A stretch of DNA of 64,000 nucleotides from Sphingorhabdus sp. (GCF_044357595.1 NZ_JBIKPH010000001.1:29863-93862), one strand, 5' to 3'. Counted from the first letter of the stretch, positions 8,707 through 17,394 are shown. Notes: generated by a model not told the origin, from the letters alone. Numbers and translations: made by a program.

Positions 8707-9609
8707 GTGGCAACAGACCTCGACCTTCTTTCCAAGACCGAACTCTGGGTTGAGGACATACTGCTCGATGATGTAGACCTTACCCAGCTTGCAATTTGTG
8801 CGGGGGGCGTTCTGGGCCTAGGGACGGAGGATATTTTTGTCACCGATGTCCGCGAACGGCGGGTGGTATTTGATGTTGTTTCCCAGAGCGTTAGTCTAGA
8901 AGCGATCGCCGGTAAGGAAGCTGCATTGCTCAGCAAATTGGCGGCATTTTCTGGTGTCACCTTGGGCGCCCGTGCGTCAGTGCATAGCTTCGGAGTGCTA
9001 GGAGTGATCGGGGCGCCAGCGGAACAAGCGGCAGACATTTTGGCGAATGCCGCCAAGCTGGAGGCGGGCTTGCAAGCCTATGTTGCGCGATCGGTTGTTG
9101 TCTTATCGACGGGCGGCGAAGTGGCGCGCGGCGAGATTGAAGATACAAATTACGCGGCGGTTAAATCCATATTGAGCGGCCATGGGTATCTGGTCGAGCA
9201 TGCGGGTGTGGTCGAAGACGACGAAGCTTTAATCGCGGCACGGATCGGCCATTTACTTGAAGAAGGCTACGGTATGATCATTACCACAGGCGGCGTTGGC
9301 GCCGAAGATAAAGACAAAACCATCGAAGCCATGCAACGCCTTGTCCCGGATCTTACAACTGCGATTCTGGCAGAATATAAAGTTGGGCACGGGCGGCATG
9401 TGAAACCGCATGTCCGCGTTGCGTGCGGACGCATTGGTGATATTTTGCTTGTTGCCCTGCCTGGCCCGACCCGCGAAGTGCTGGCCGCGTTGCCTGTTTT
9501 GATCGACGCCATATCCAAAGGGCTGCCGCCGGCAGTGCTGGCTGAGGAAATAGCCACGCCCATCCGCGCGCTTTGGAAAGCCCATAAGATGGGGCATGCT
9601 CACACATGA
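8707..9609 (+). CDS. MoeA/MogA/CinA-fold domain protein with His-rich tail, paralog B
   Basis: STGGEVARGEIEDTN, TTGGVGAEDKDKT, GHGRHVK, ALPGP; tail HKMGHAHT; paralog of 2909..3796. Confidence 0.8.
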   Translation: MATDLDLLSKTELWVEDILLDDVDLTQLAICAGGVLGLGTEDIFVTDVRERRVVFDVVSQSVSLEAIAGKEAALLSKLAAFSGVTLGARASVHSFGVLGVIGAPAEQAADILANAAKLEAGLQAYVARSVVVLSTGGEVARGEIEDTNYAAVKSILSGHGYLVEHAGVVEDDEALIAARIGHLLEEGYGMIITTGGVGAEDKDKTIEAMQRLVPDLTTAILAEYKVGHGRHVKPHVRVACGRIGDILLVALPGPTREVLAALPVLIDAISKGLPPAVLAEEIATPIRALWKAHKMGHAHT

Positions 9610-10217
9610 TGTCATTCGGATTTTTGTCGGTTTTGGTTGCTGGTTTAGGTATGGGCATTTTGCACGCCTTTGATCCAGATCACGTGATGACCATGTCGTC
9701 GCTCGGCGCTCGGCCTGACTCGCGCGGAGCAACAAAGCGTTATGCTTTTTCATGGGGCATCGGCCACGGAGGCATCTTGGTAATTGCCGCGCTTGCGTTG
9801 CTGGTTTTTGAAGCGCCCATGCCAGAGACCTTACCAAAGGGCGCTGAACGGATAGTTGGGGTAATTCTGATCGCGGCAGGAGGCAGTCTGGCACTGGCAC
9901 TCTGGCGTGGCTCAACGCCGGAGCCATCAGCGACTAGAACAAGGGCGCCGTTCTTGATCGGCATGGTCCACGGAACAGCAGGAAGTGCCGCGGTCTTTGC
10001 CCTGCTTCCAATCGGAATGCTATCGCCGATCCAAGGTGTGTTTTACATACTCGTGTTCTCCTTTGGCGTGCTTGTGGGAATGATGGGCTTTGGTCATGGT
10101 TTTGACCGGATCCAGACATTGATCTCAAAGCGCGGACAGGCTTTTGTGAGGCCACTGCGCGGCGGTGTGGCAGTGCTCGCCATCGGTATGGGAAGCTATT
10201 GGCTCGTAGGCGCCTGA
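9606..10217 (+). CDS. nickel permease (UreH/NiCoT-like)
   Basis: Hydrophobic, about 6 TM segments; HAFDPDH signature, WGIGHG and GMVHGTAGS motifs. Confidence 0.8.
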   Translation: MMSFGFLSVLVAGLGMGILHAFDPDHVMTMSSLGARPDSRGATKRYAFSWGIGHGGILVIAALALLVFEAPMPETLPKGAERIVGVILIAAGGSLALALWRGSTPEPSATRTRAPFLIGMVHGTAGSAAVFALLPIGMLSPIQGVFYILVFSFGVLVGMMGFGHGFDRIQTLISKRGQAFVRPLRGGVAVLAIGMGSYWLVGA

Positions 10218-10219
10218 TT

Positions 10220-10822
10220 GTGCGTATAGGTCTTTATGGGGGGTGTTTTAACCCCGTGCACGAAGGCCATATCGCCGTGGCGCGCGGCGCTCAAAAGGCT
10301 CTCCAGCTGGATCAAGTGATCTTCATTCCTTCCGGGCATCCACCGCTTAAGGGTAACTATGGCCTTGCCGATGGATTTCACCGTGCTGCTATGCTCGAGC
10401 GAGCAATCTCGAACCAACCTGGCATGAGTGTCTCAAATATCGAGCTTGATCGGGATGGCCCTAGTTTCACTGTCGATACAGTCCGTACATTAAGAAAGAC
10501 ATTTCAAGCAGATACAGAGGTTTTTTTTCTGCTGGGCGATGATTGTATCAAGCGCCTGCCGCACTGGAAAGGCATCGAAGAACTCCACCAATTGCTGCGC
10601 TTCGCCATACTGCCGAGATTAGAAATCATGTTAGATATTCATGATAAAAACATGATCTTTATCAATATTCCTCGTGTAGCGGTGTCTTCAACCCAAATCA
10701 GGGAAACGCTTGCATCAGGCAAAAGGCCTCCAGCAGCCTTGCTCCATCCGGATGTCGCGGAGTATATTGATCGCCATCATCTTTTTACAAAACACCCGGA
10801 GCGCGCCCGTGTCCAAAATTAA
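10220..10822 (+). CDS. nadD: nicotinate-nucleotide adenylyltransferase
   Basis: GGCFNPVHEGH (HxGH), PSFTVDT, LLGDD, VSSTQIR; start taken at GTG 10220. Confidence 0.9.
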   Translation: MRIGLYGGCFNPVHEGHIAVARGAQKALQLDQVIFIPSGHPPLKGNYGLADGFHRAAMLERAISNQPGMSVSNIELDRDGPSFTVDTVRTLRKTFQADTEVFFLLGDDCIKRLPHWKGIEELHQLLRFAILPRLEIMLDIHDKNMIFINIPRVAVSSTQIRETLASGKRPPAALLHPDVAEYIDRHHLFTKHPERARVQN

Positions 10823-11615
10823 CCAGAAGATCCATGATAAGTTGGATAGCATCGGTCATGCAATCATTGCATGTAGCGGCGGGATCGACTCTACCTTGCT
10901 AGCGCTCGTCGCGCATCGCCGAGCCCCGGGCAAAGTGACCGTTGCGCATGCAGTGAGCCCTGCAGTGCCGCCTGAGGCTACCGATCGGGTACGAATGCTG
11001 GCGGGACAGGAGGGTTGGGCGCTTTCCATTGTGCAGTCGGGTGAGTTTCAGGACGAGAACTACCTCTCTAACCCCGTCAATCGCTGCTACTTCTGTAAGT
11101 CCAATCTTTATGAAAGCCTGACACAGATTGTTCTGGCGCATGACAGTGGTACAGTTCTAAGTGGCGCTAATTTGGATGACTTGGGCGAATATCGCCCTGG
11201 ACTCGACGCCGCGGCAGAACGTGGTGTCAGGCATCCATGGATAGAAGCCAGCTTTACGAAGACAGATATTCGGACACTTGCACGGGAACTTGGCGTGCCC
11301 TTTGCCGAGCTTCCTTCGTCGCCTTGCCTTGCCAGTCGCTTGTATACAGGCACAAGGGTGACCGCAGAACGCCTGCGTGCCGTGCACGCTTGCGAAAAGC
11401 GGGTGAAAGAAGTGACAGGTATCAGTGTCGTAAGGTGCCGCGTGAAAGATGATCAGCTTATCGTTGAAGTGACCGATGATGATCAGAGTTTGATAACGGC
11501 GCTATTGCTTCGCGAATTGGGCGAACTTGCGGCAACGTTCGAACCAAGCATTCAATTGGCGAACTTGGATGCGCAGTCGTATAAGCCTGGCCGGGCTTTT
11601 GTGGGGGCAAAATGA
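10809..11615 (+). CDS. larE: ATP-dependent sulfur insertase of NPN biosynthesis
   Basis: PP-loop SGGIDS, NPVNRCYFCK, GANLDDLGEYRPG, SPCLASR; start taken at GTG 10809. Confidence 0.9.
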   Translation: MSKINQKIHDKLDSIGHAIIACSGGIDSTLLALVAHRRAPGKVTVAHAVSPAVPPEATDRVRMLAGQEGWALSIVQSGEFQDENYLSNPVNRCYFCKSNLYESLTQIVLAHDSGTVLSGANLDDLGEYRPGLDAAAERGVRHPWIEASFTKTDIRTLARELGVPFAELPSSPCLASRLYTGTRVTAERLRAVHACEKRVKEVTGISVVRCRVKDDQLIVEVTDDDQSLITALLLRELGELAATFEPSIQLANLDAQSYKPGRAFVGAK

Positions 11616-12280
11616 ATAGCGGATTTGTGCATGATGAAGACCGCCTAACAAGATTGGGAATGCCAGAAGCAATTTTTTGCGAGGGTAAAGACCCAATTGC
11701 GTTAAAGGCCATCTATCAGGAGCTTTCGAAGAACAGCAGCGCGCCAGTTCTGTTTACAAGGCTGTTGCCTGATCAATATTCAGATCTCTCTATCAATAGC
11801 GCGGCATCTTTGGATTATGATGTGCAATCGCATACAGCCTATTTGCATGGCACTCTTCCAAAGCGGCCATTTTCAGTTGCTGTTGTAACAGCAGGAACAT
11901 CGGACCTGCGCGTGGCGGGTGAGGCGCTGCGCACATTGCAGTTTTCGGGTATCCATGCGGAACGTATTGCCGATGTTGGCGTCGCGGGTATCCACCGTTT
12001 GTTGGCGCGGATAGACCATATTAAAACATTCGATCTTGTGATCGTTGTGGCTGGATGGGATGCTGCTCTTGCCTCTGTGATGGGCGGATTAACTGGGCAA
12101 CCAATTATCGCGGTTCCGTCTTCGACTGGATATGGTGTGGCAGCAGGCGGAACGAGCGCATTGCATTCCATGTTATCAAGCTGCGGGCAGGGCGTTTTGG
12201 TGACCAACATCGACAACGGCTTTGGTGCGGCGTGCGGCGCGATCCGGATACTCAATATGATTTCAAGGAACACGACATGA
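11612..12280 (+). CDS. larB: NaAD carboxylase/hydrolase of NPN biosynthesis (PurE-like)
   Basis: RLGMPEAIFCEGK, AGTSDLRVAGEA, DVGVAGIHRL, VPSSTGYG, MLSSCGQG, NIDNGFGAA. Confidence 0.93.
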   Translation: MNSGFVHDEDRLTRLGMPEAIFCEGKDPIALKAIYQELSKNSSAPVLFTRLLPDQYSDLSINSAASLDYDVQSHTAYLHGTLPKRPFSVAVVTAGTSDLRVAGEALRTLQFSGIHAERIADVGVAGIHRLLARIDHIKTFDLVIVVAGWDAALASVMGGLTGQPIIAVPSSTGYGVAAGGTSALHSMLSSCGQGVLVTNIDNGFGAACGAIRILNMISRNTT

Positions 12281-13008
12281 AGCGCCAATCGATCGTTTTG
12301 CGCACACCTTCGGGGATTAGCGGCGATATGTTGCTGACCGGCCTCGCGCGTCTGGCGGGGATCAGCAACGCAGAACTTTCAGCTATGGTGGATAGCATCG
12401 GCGTCGAGGCGCTGCACGATTGTGTAACAATTGAGCCACATCATGTGAATTGGATCACCGGATTTCAGGCGCGGATCACTCTTCCGCATGAGCACCATCA
12501 CCGCACGCCAAAAACGATTTATGACATCATAGAACGCAGCGGGTTAACCGATGCGGCAAAGTCACTCGCGACAAAAGCGTTTGCGATATTGGCCGAAGCA
12601 GAAGCTACAGTGCATGGGTGTTCAGTGGACGAAGTCCATTTCCATGAAGTTGGCGCGCTCGATTCTATTTTAGATACTTGCGTTGCGGCTGCGTTGTTCA
12701 CCCAAATTGATCCGGCTGAGTTCCATTGCAGCCCTCTGCCGATGTGTGATGGCATAATCCGTTGTGAACATGGGCTACTTTCCAGTCCGCCACCAGCGGT
12801 TCAGGAGATGCTCAACGGCGTTCCTGTATACGGAGCGGACGCTAGCGGCGAAACGGTCACGCCCACGGCATTGGCATTTTTGAAAGCGGCTGGTGCGCGC
12901 TTTGGCAAGTGGCCGCAATGTGAAGTGGTCACCTCTGCGCGTGCTTATGGCGGCAAGGTGTTTGAAAACCTCCCCAATGGGGCGAATTTCTTTTTGGTGA
13001 CAATGTGA
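12277..13008 (+). CDS. larC: nickel insertase LarC, N-terminal domain only (243 aa)
   Basis: SGISGDM, HEHHHR, AEAEATVHG, VHFHEVGALDSILD, HGLLSSPPPA, ETVTPT; ATG 12277 overlaps the larB stop. Confidence 0.9.
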   Translation: MKRQSIVLRTPSGISGDMLLTGLARLAGISNAELSAMVDSIGVEALHDCVTIEPHHVNWITGFQARITLPHEHHHRTPKTIYDIIERSGLTDAAKSLATKAFAILAEAEATVHGCSVDEVHFHEVGALDSILDTCVAAALFTQIDPAEFHCSPLPMCDGIIRCEHGLLSSPPPAVQEMLNGVPVYGADASGETVTPTALAFLKAAGARFGKWPQCEVVTSARAYGGKVFENLPNGANFFLVTM

Positions 13009-13817
13009 ACCCAGCGCCTGCGGCAGCAGACATTGCCGGAAGCCTGCTTGGCGGCGCAACGGGCCTTTATCTTGCCATTGTCGAAGCCTGCGAGGATGGC
13101 ATCATTGCGGGCACTGGCTTTGTCGACCCATCGGGCTCGTTAGGACCGAACGGATCGTGGAGATTGCTGGTAGTGGAAGGAGATGCCATATCCGCAGGGC
13201 AACCACTTATCGAACTGATCGGTGAGGCAGCGCATTTGGGCGTTGCGGAAGACTATGTGCTTGGGCCTCTCGGTTTTGCGTCAGGAATTGCGACGCGCGC
13301 GAAGACCTTTCGGGAAGCCGCGCCTGCCGGCCTTTCCATTGCTTGCGGCGGGTGGAAGAAACTGCCGTTGGCGTTGAAGCCATTGCTGCGCGCCGGGCTT
13401 GCTGTTTCTGGTATCTTACCGCGGCTTGTTGCCGGCGATTTTGTCTATGTCGGCAAAAACGCTGTTATCATGCTGGGTGGTGTGGATGCCGCGATTAAAG
13501 CGGGCGTGGCCGTTGGTCATGGTCCGGTGGCCGTGCAGGTTAAATCAGTCGCCGAAGCCGTTTCGTCGGTGCGTACGGGCGCAGGGATCATCATGGTTGA
13601 TACCGCCGATTTAGCTGATTTAGCCGACGTGCACGCGGAACTCACGCGGCTTGGATTGCGGCGGGACGTGCAACTCGCATTTGGCGGCGGTGTCCGTCTG
13701 CAGGATCTGGTGCCAGCGGCAGAGGCAGGGGCCGATGCAGTCGATGTCGGCCGCGCGATATTGGATGCGCCCTTGCTCGACCTGCGCCTTCGCGTTGTTT
13801 CCAAGCACCCTGCCTGA
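13005..13817 (+). CDS. NadC/ModD-like phosphoribosyltransferase (degenerate)
   Basis: DGIIAG, EGDAISAGQPLIELIG, ASGIATRA, IIMVD, FGGGV, ADAVDVG pattern of the QPRTase fold; the TRKT motif is replaced by GWKK. Confidence 0.7.
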   Translation: MNPAPAAADIAGSLLGGATGLYLAIVEACEDGIIAGTGFVDPSGSLGPNGSWRLLVVEGDAISAGQPLIELIGEAAHLGVAEDYVLGPLGFASGIATRAKTFREAAPAGLSIACGGWKKLPLALKPLLRAGLAVSGILPRLVAGDFVYVGKNAVIMLGGVDAAIKAGVAVGHGPVAVQVKSVAEAVSSVRTGAGIIMVDTADLADLADVHAELTRLGLRRDVQLAFGGGVRLQDLVPAAEAGADAVDVGRAILDAPLLDLRLRVVSKHPA

Positions 13818-13831
13818 CAAAGGATCTAGCC

Positions 13832-14662
13832 ATGAACCACCCCGCCATTGCCCCCCACAACATAGCCGTCATTACCGGAGCCGCCGATGGCATTGGCCTT
13901 GCCGCTGCGCACCGGCTCGCCGGTCTGGGCATGGTTGTCGTGCTTGTAGACCGCGATGCTGACAAGCTCTCGGCAGCGCGGGATGCGGTAGGCGGTAACG
14001 CGGTTGCCATAGCCACCGATGTGTCGGACCGTGATGCGGTCAATGCCTTGGCGACGCACGTGTCGCAGAATGTGGGGCCTGTATCTGTGCTGATGAACAA
14101 TGCTGGAACCGGGCGGGGCGGAAACGCTTACTCCAATCCTGAAGGTTGGGATCGGGTGATCGGCACCAATCTGATGGGTGTTGTATATGGCGTGCAAGCG
14201 TTTGTCCCTGCGATGGTCGCAGGGCATGCCCCCGGCTTAGTCATCAATACCGGATCGAAGCAGGGTATCACTCAACCACCCGGTGACACCGCCTATAATG
14301 TGAGCAAATCAGGCGTTAAAGCTCTGACTGAAGGGCTGGCACACAGCTTGCGCGAAGAAACGCAGGGACGAGTGAGTGCACATCTGCTGGTCCCCGGATT
14401 TACCTATACGGGCATGATGAAGGCCCATTTTACTACGAAGCCTGATGGAGCGTGGGCGCCGGAGGAAGTCGTCGATGTCATGATGGCGGGTCTTTCGCGC
14501 AGCGATTTTTATTTGTGGTGCCTCGACAACGAAACAACCCGCGAGGTTGATAACGCACGCGTTCTGTGGAACGCTGGCGATATAACCGAGAACCGTCCCG
14601 CACTCTCACGCTGGCATCCGGATTATAAGCAGGCCTTTTCCGATTTCATACCAAAAGGTTGA
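13832..14662 (+). CDS. short-chain dehydrogenase/reductase
   Basis: TGAADGIG, NNAG, YNVSK. Confidence 0.93.
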   Translation: MNHPAIAPHNIAVITGAADGIGLAAAHRLAGLGMVVVLVDRDADKLSAARDAVGGNAVAIATDVSDRDAVNALATHVSQNVGPVSVLMNNAGTGRGGNAYSNPEGWDRVIGTNLMGVVYGVQAFVPAMVAGHAPGLVINTGSKQGITQPPGDTAYNVSKSGVKALTEGLAHSLREETQGRVSAHLLVPGFTYTGMMKAHFTTKPDGAWAPEEVVDVMMAGLSRSDFYLWCLDNETTREVDNARVLWNAGDITENRPALSRWHPDYKQAFSDFIPKG

Positions 14663-14671
14663 AGCAGGTAT

Positions 14672-15373
14672 TTACTCGTCGAAGCCGATAAATGTAACAG
14701 CTTCTTCCAAGGATTTGCGTTCTGATTTAACCGCATTCGCCGGAAAACTATCGTCTGGCCAGCCCATGGCAACGCACATCATGATCAGTTGGTCGTCTGG
14801 AATGCGCGCATGTTCGCGCACGACGGGTGATTGCATGATGCCTTGGCTGTTGATGACGCAGCCTAGTCCGCGTGACCATGCTGCGTTGACCAGAGCATTA
14901 ATCACCGCGCCGCAGTCAAAGGGCGCGATGTCATTGCCTTTTAGCACCTTGTCATAGGTTACGATGATTGAAACCGGGGCGTCGAACTGACGGAAACCCC
15001 GCAACACCCATTCCTTGCGTTTAACTTTGTCATCGCGGGCAATGTCCATTGCCGCGAATAATTGCTTGGCTACGCCAATTTGTCGTTCGCGGTGCGCGCC
15101 TTCATAGCCTTCGCTGGCGGTAAATTCCCGCGACGATGGCACGCCAGCAAGATTGCGTTCGGTGTTGCCTTTGCGGATGGCATCAAGAGCTGCACCACTG
15201 ACGACGGTAAAGTTCCAGGGCTGGGTGTTGAGTGAGGAGGGTGATCGGATCGCCATTGCCAGCACTTCAAGTATTAACTTTTGGGGAACACGATCAGGCT
15301 TGTAGCCGCGAATGCTTCGGCGGCCCATCACCACGCTCTGATAAGCTAAAGCGATTTCCGATTGAGAGCTCAA
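14672..15373 (-). CDS. nitroreductase family protein
   Basis: RRSIRGY, SPSSLNTQPW, AWSRGLGC. Confidence 0.93.
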   Translation of the reverse strand: MSSQSEIALAYQSVVMGRRSIRGYKPDRVPQKLILEVLAMAIRSPSSLNTQPWNFTVVSGAALDAIRKGNTERNLAGVPSSREFTASEGYEGAHRERQIGVAKQLFAAMDIARDDKVKRKEWVLRGFRQFDAPVSIIVTYDKVLKGNDIAPFDCGAVINALVNAAWSRGLGCVINSQGIMQSPVVREHARIPDDQLIMMCVAMGWPDDSFPANAVKSERKSLEEAVTFIGFDE

Positions 15374-15500
15374 TGTTATTCTCCTTTAATCTGATGCACG
15401 CGCTCCATGCATTTCATATTCACTTGCCATAGTGATGTGTAATTATCTATATAATTAAGCCGAATAAATCAGATTAGTAATTGGAAGGAATGTCGAGCAT

Positions 15501-16505
15501 ATGGCCATTGAACAGTCAATGCGGAACCGTCTGACACTCCCTGCCGTGTGCGCGCCGATGTTTCGGGTCTCAAGTCCGGCGTTGGTGCGCGAAGCGTGCA
15601 AGGGGGGGCTTGTCGGCGCGCTGCCCAGGCAGAATGCTAAGGACTTCGCAACTTTTGAGGCATGGCTGGGGCAGATTAGTGAAGCGCTGAAAATCCATCA
15701 AGGGGAACATCCGGATGCGCGTATTGGGCCAGTCGCGGTAAACCTTTCGCGCCTTCCAGATGACGAGATGGTGAGGCATCTTGAGGTATGCGCGAAGCAT
15801 GGGGTGGAAGTTATCATTAGCGCGATGGGCGATCCCACTGAACTGATCCGCCAGGTGCATGACTGGGGCGGGAAGGTATTTCACGATGTCACCAACATCC
15901 GCTTTGCTGAAAAGGCGATCGCAGCGAAGGCGGACGGGCTGACTTGTATCGGCTCGGGCGGTGGCGGCCATTCGGGACAGATAAACCATTTGGCCTTCAT
16001 TCCCAAGGTGCGCGCAATGTTTGATGGTACGATCATTATGGCTGGCTGCATTGGCAACGGGGCGGCAATCCGCGCAGCGGAGGTTCTTGGCGCTGACCTT
16101 GCCTATCTTGGTACCCGTTTCATTGCGACACAGGAATCGAACGCACCTGACGATTATAAGGCTATGTTGGTTTCAAGTGCGTCCAATGACGTGATCTTTA
16201 CGCCGCAAGTTGCCGGCGGTGCAGCAAACTGGCTTAAGAAATCGTTGGTGAAGGTCGGCATCGATCCCGACAACCTTCCCGAGATACCACCGGGAGCAAT
16301 ACGCCCCGTCCTCCCCGAAGGTGCGCTGCCATGGGTAACGATCTGGAGCGCGGGGCAGGGGGTTGAACTAATTGACGACATTCCAACTGTGGCTGAGTTG
16401 ATCAGACGCTTGCGCCGCGAATATGTCGCAGCTTGCGAAGGACCAAGTTATGCTGATGTCGCCCGTCTGGTTGATGAGGTCCTTGACGCTAAGCCTGTTG
16501 ATTGA
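15501..16505 (+). CDS. nitronate monooxygenase / 2-nitropropane dioxygenase family flavoprotein
   Basis: APMFRVS, GGGGHSG, GADLAYLGTRFIATQES, IWSAGQG. Confidence 0.9.
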   Translation: MAIEQSMRNRLTLPAVCAPMFRVSSPALVREACKGGLVGALPRQNAKDFATFEAWLGQISEALKIHQGEHPDARIGPVAVNLSRLPDDEMVRHLEVCAKHGVEVIISAMGDPTELIRQVHDWGGKVFHDVTNIRFAEKAIAAKADGLTCIGSGGGGHSGQINHLAFIPKVRAMFDGTIIMAGCIGNGAAIRAAEVLGADLAYLGTRFIATQESNAPDDYKAMLVSSASNDVIFTPQVAGGAANWLKKSLVKVGIDPDNLPEIPPGAIRPVLPEGALPWVTIWSAGQGVELIDDIPTVAELIRRLRREYVAACEGPSYADVARLVDEVLDAKPVD

Positions 16506-16569
16506 AAATGCCGTTAGCCTAATAAAATACTAAATGCCGGCAAGATAAAACTAATGAAGGATTGAAGCT

Positions 16570-17394
16570 TTGGAAAACGCAGCAGTTGAAACAATCGACT
16601 ACCCCTTTGTCAGACTGGAGTTTGATGGCCCATTGGCGGTCATGACACTAAATGACCCGGAACGATTGAATGCGATGGGGCCGGATATGGGGGAATCCAT
16701 CGCTACTGTGCTGAATGAAATAGCCAAGCCGCGCCGCAACTGTCGGGCTTTGCTCATTACAGGAGAAGGCCGCGCTTTCTGCGCTGGCGTAAATCTGATG
16801 GGTAATCGTAAGGCTTTGGCCGAAGGTAACAACAAACTTCCCGTGATGGGAGGGGTGGAGACTTTCTTCCATCCCTTGCTTCGCCGATTACACGCCGTGT
16901 CCATTCCAGTGATTGCGGCACCGAATGGACTCGCCGTTGGAATTGGTCTCGGAATGTGTCTTGCAGCTGATTATGTAATCGCTTCGGATAAAGCCTGGTT
17001 CCAGGCCCCATTCAAGAATCTTGCATCGGCTACCGATTCAGGCCTTGGTTGGCTTCTGTCCCGCAATATCGGCATTCTGCGGACAAAACGGGTTTTGATG
17101 CGTGCCGAACGCATCGATGCAGCCACTGCTCTCGATTGGGGCATGGTGAGTGAGGTTGCGTCAACGGATGCGTTCGCGGCCCGCGCTCGTGAAGTCGCGT
17201 TGGAAATTGCCAATGATGCGACGATTGCACTTTCTGAAATTAAGCAGATAGTTGGCCTTGCGCAGCGGATTGACTTGCATTCTGCCTTTGAAACCGAAGC
17301 GCAGGCCGTTGGGCGGACATCGCGGACCAAAGATAACGTTGCTGCCATCCGCGTATTTGGATCAAAAGAAAAGCCAACATTTACGGGCGAATGA
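16570..17394 (+). CDS. crotonase superfamily enoyl-CoA hydratase/isomerase
   Basis: LNDPERLNAM, TGEGRAFCAG, VIAAPNGLAVG. Confidence 0.9.
   Translation: MENAAVETIDYPFVRLEFDGPLAVMTLNDPERLNAMGPDMGESIATVLNEIAKPRRNCRALLITGEGRAFCAGVNLMGNRKALAEGNNKLPVMGGVETFFHPLLRRLHAVSIPVIAAPNGLAVGIGLGMCLAADYVIASDKAWFQAPFKNLASATDSGLGWLLSRNIGILRTKRVLMRAERIDAATALDWGMVSEVASTDAFAARAREVALEIANDATIALSEIKQIVGLAQRIDLHSAFETEAQAVGRTSRTKDNVAAIRVFGSKEKPTFTGE

Noticed and set aside
10710-12276. Longer ORF-track starts for larE (10710) and larC (12055)
   Set aside because: These extensions lie inside nadD and larB; the coupled starts at 10809 and 12277 fit the family N-termini.
12990-13400. Programmed frameshift from larC into a larC2 domain
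   Set aside because: The downstream frame encodes the NadC-like protein and no LarC2 motif is visible.
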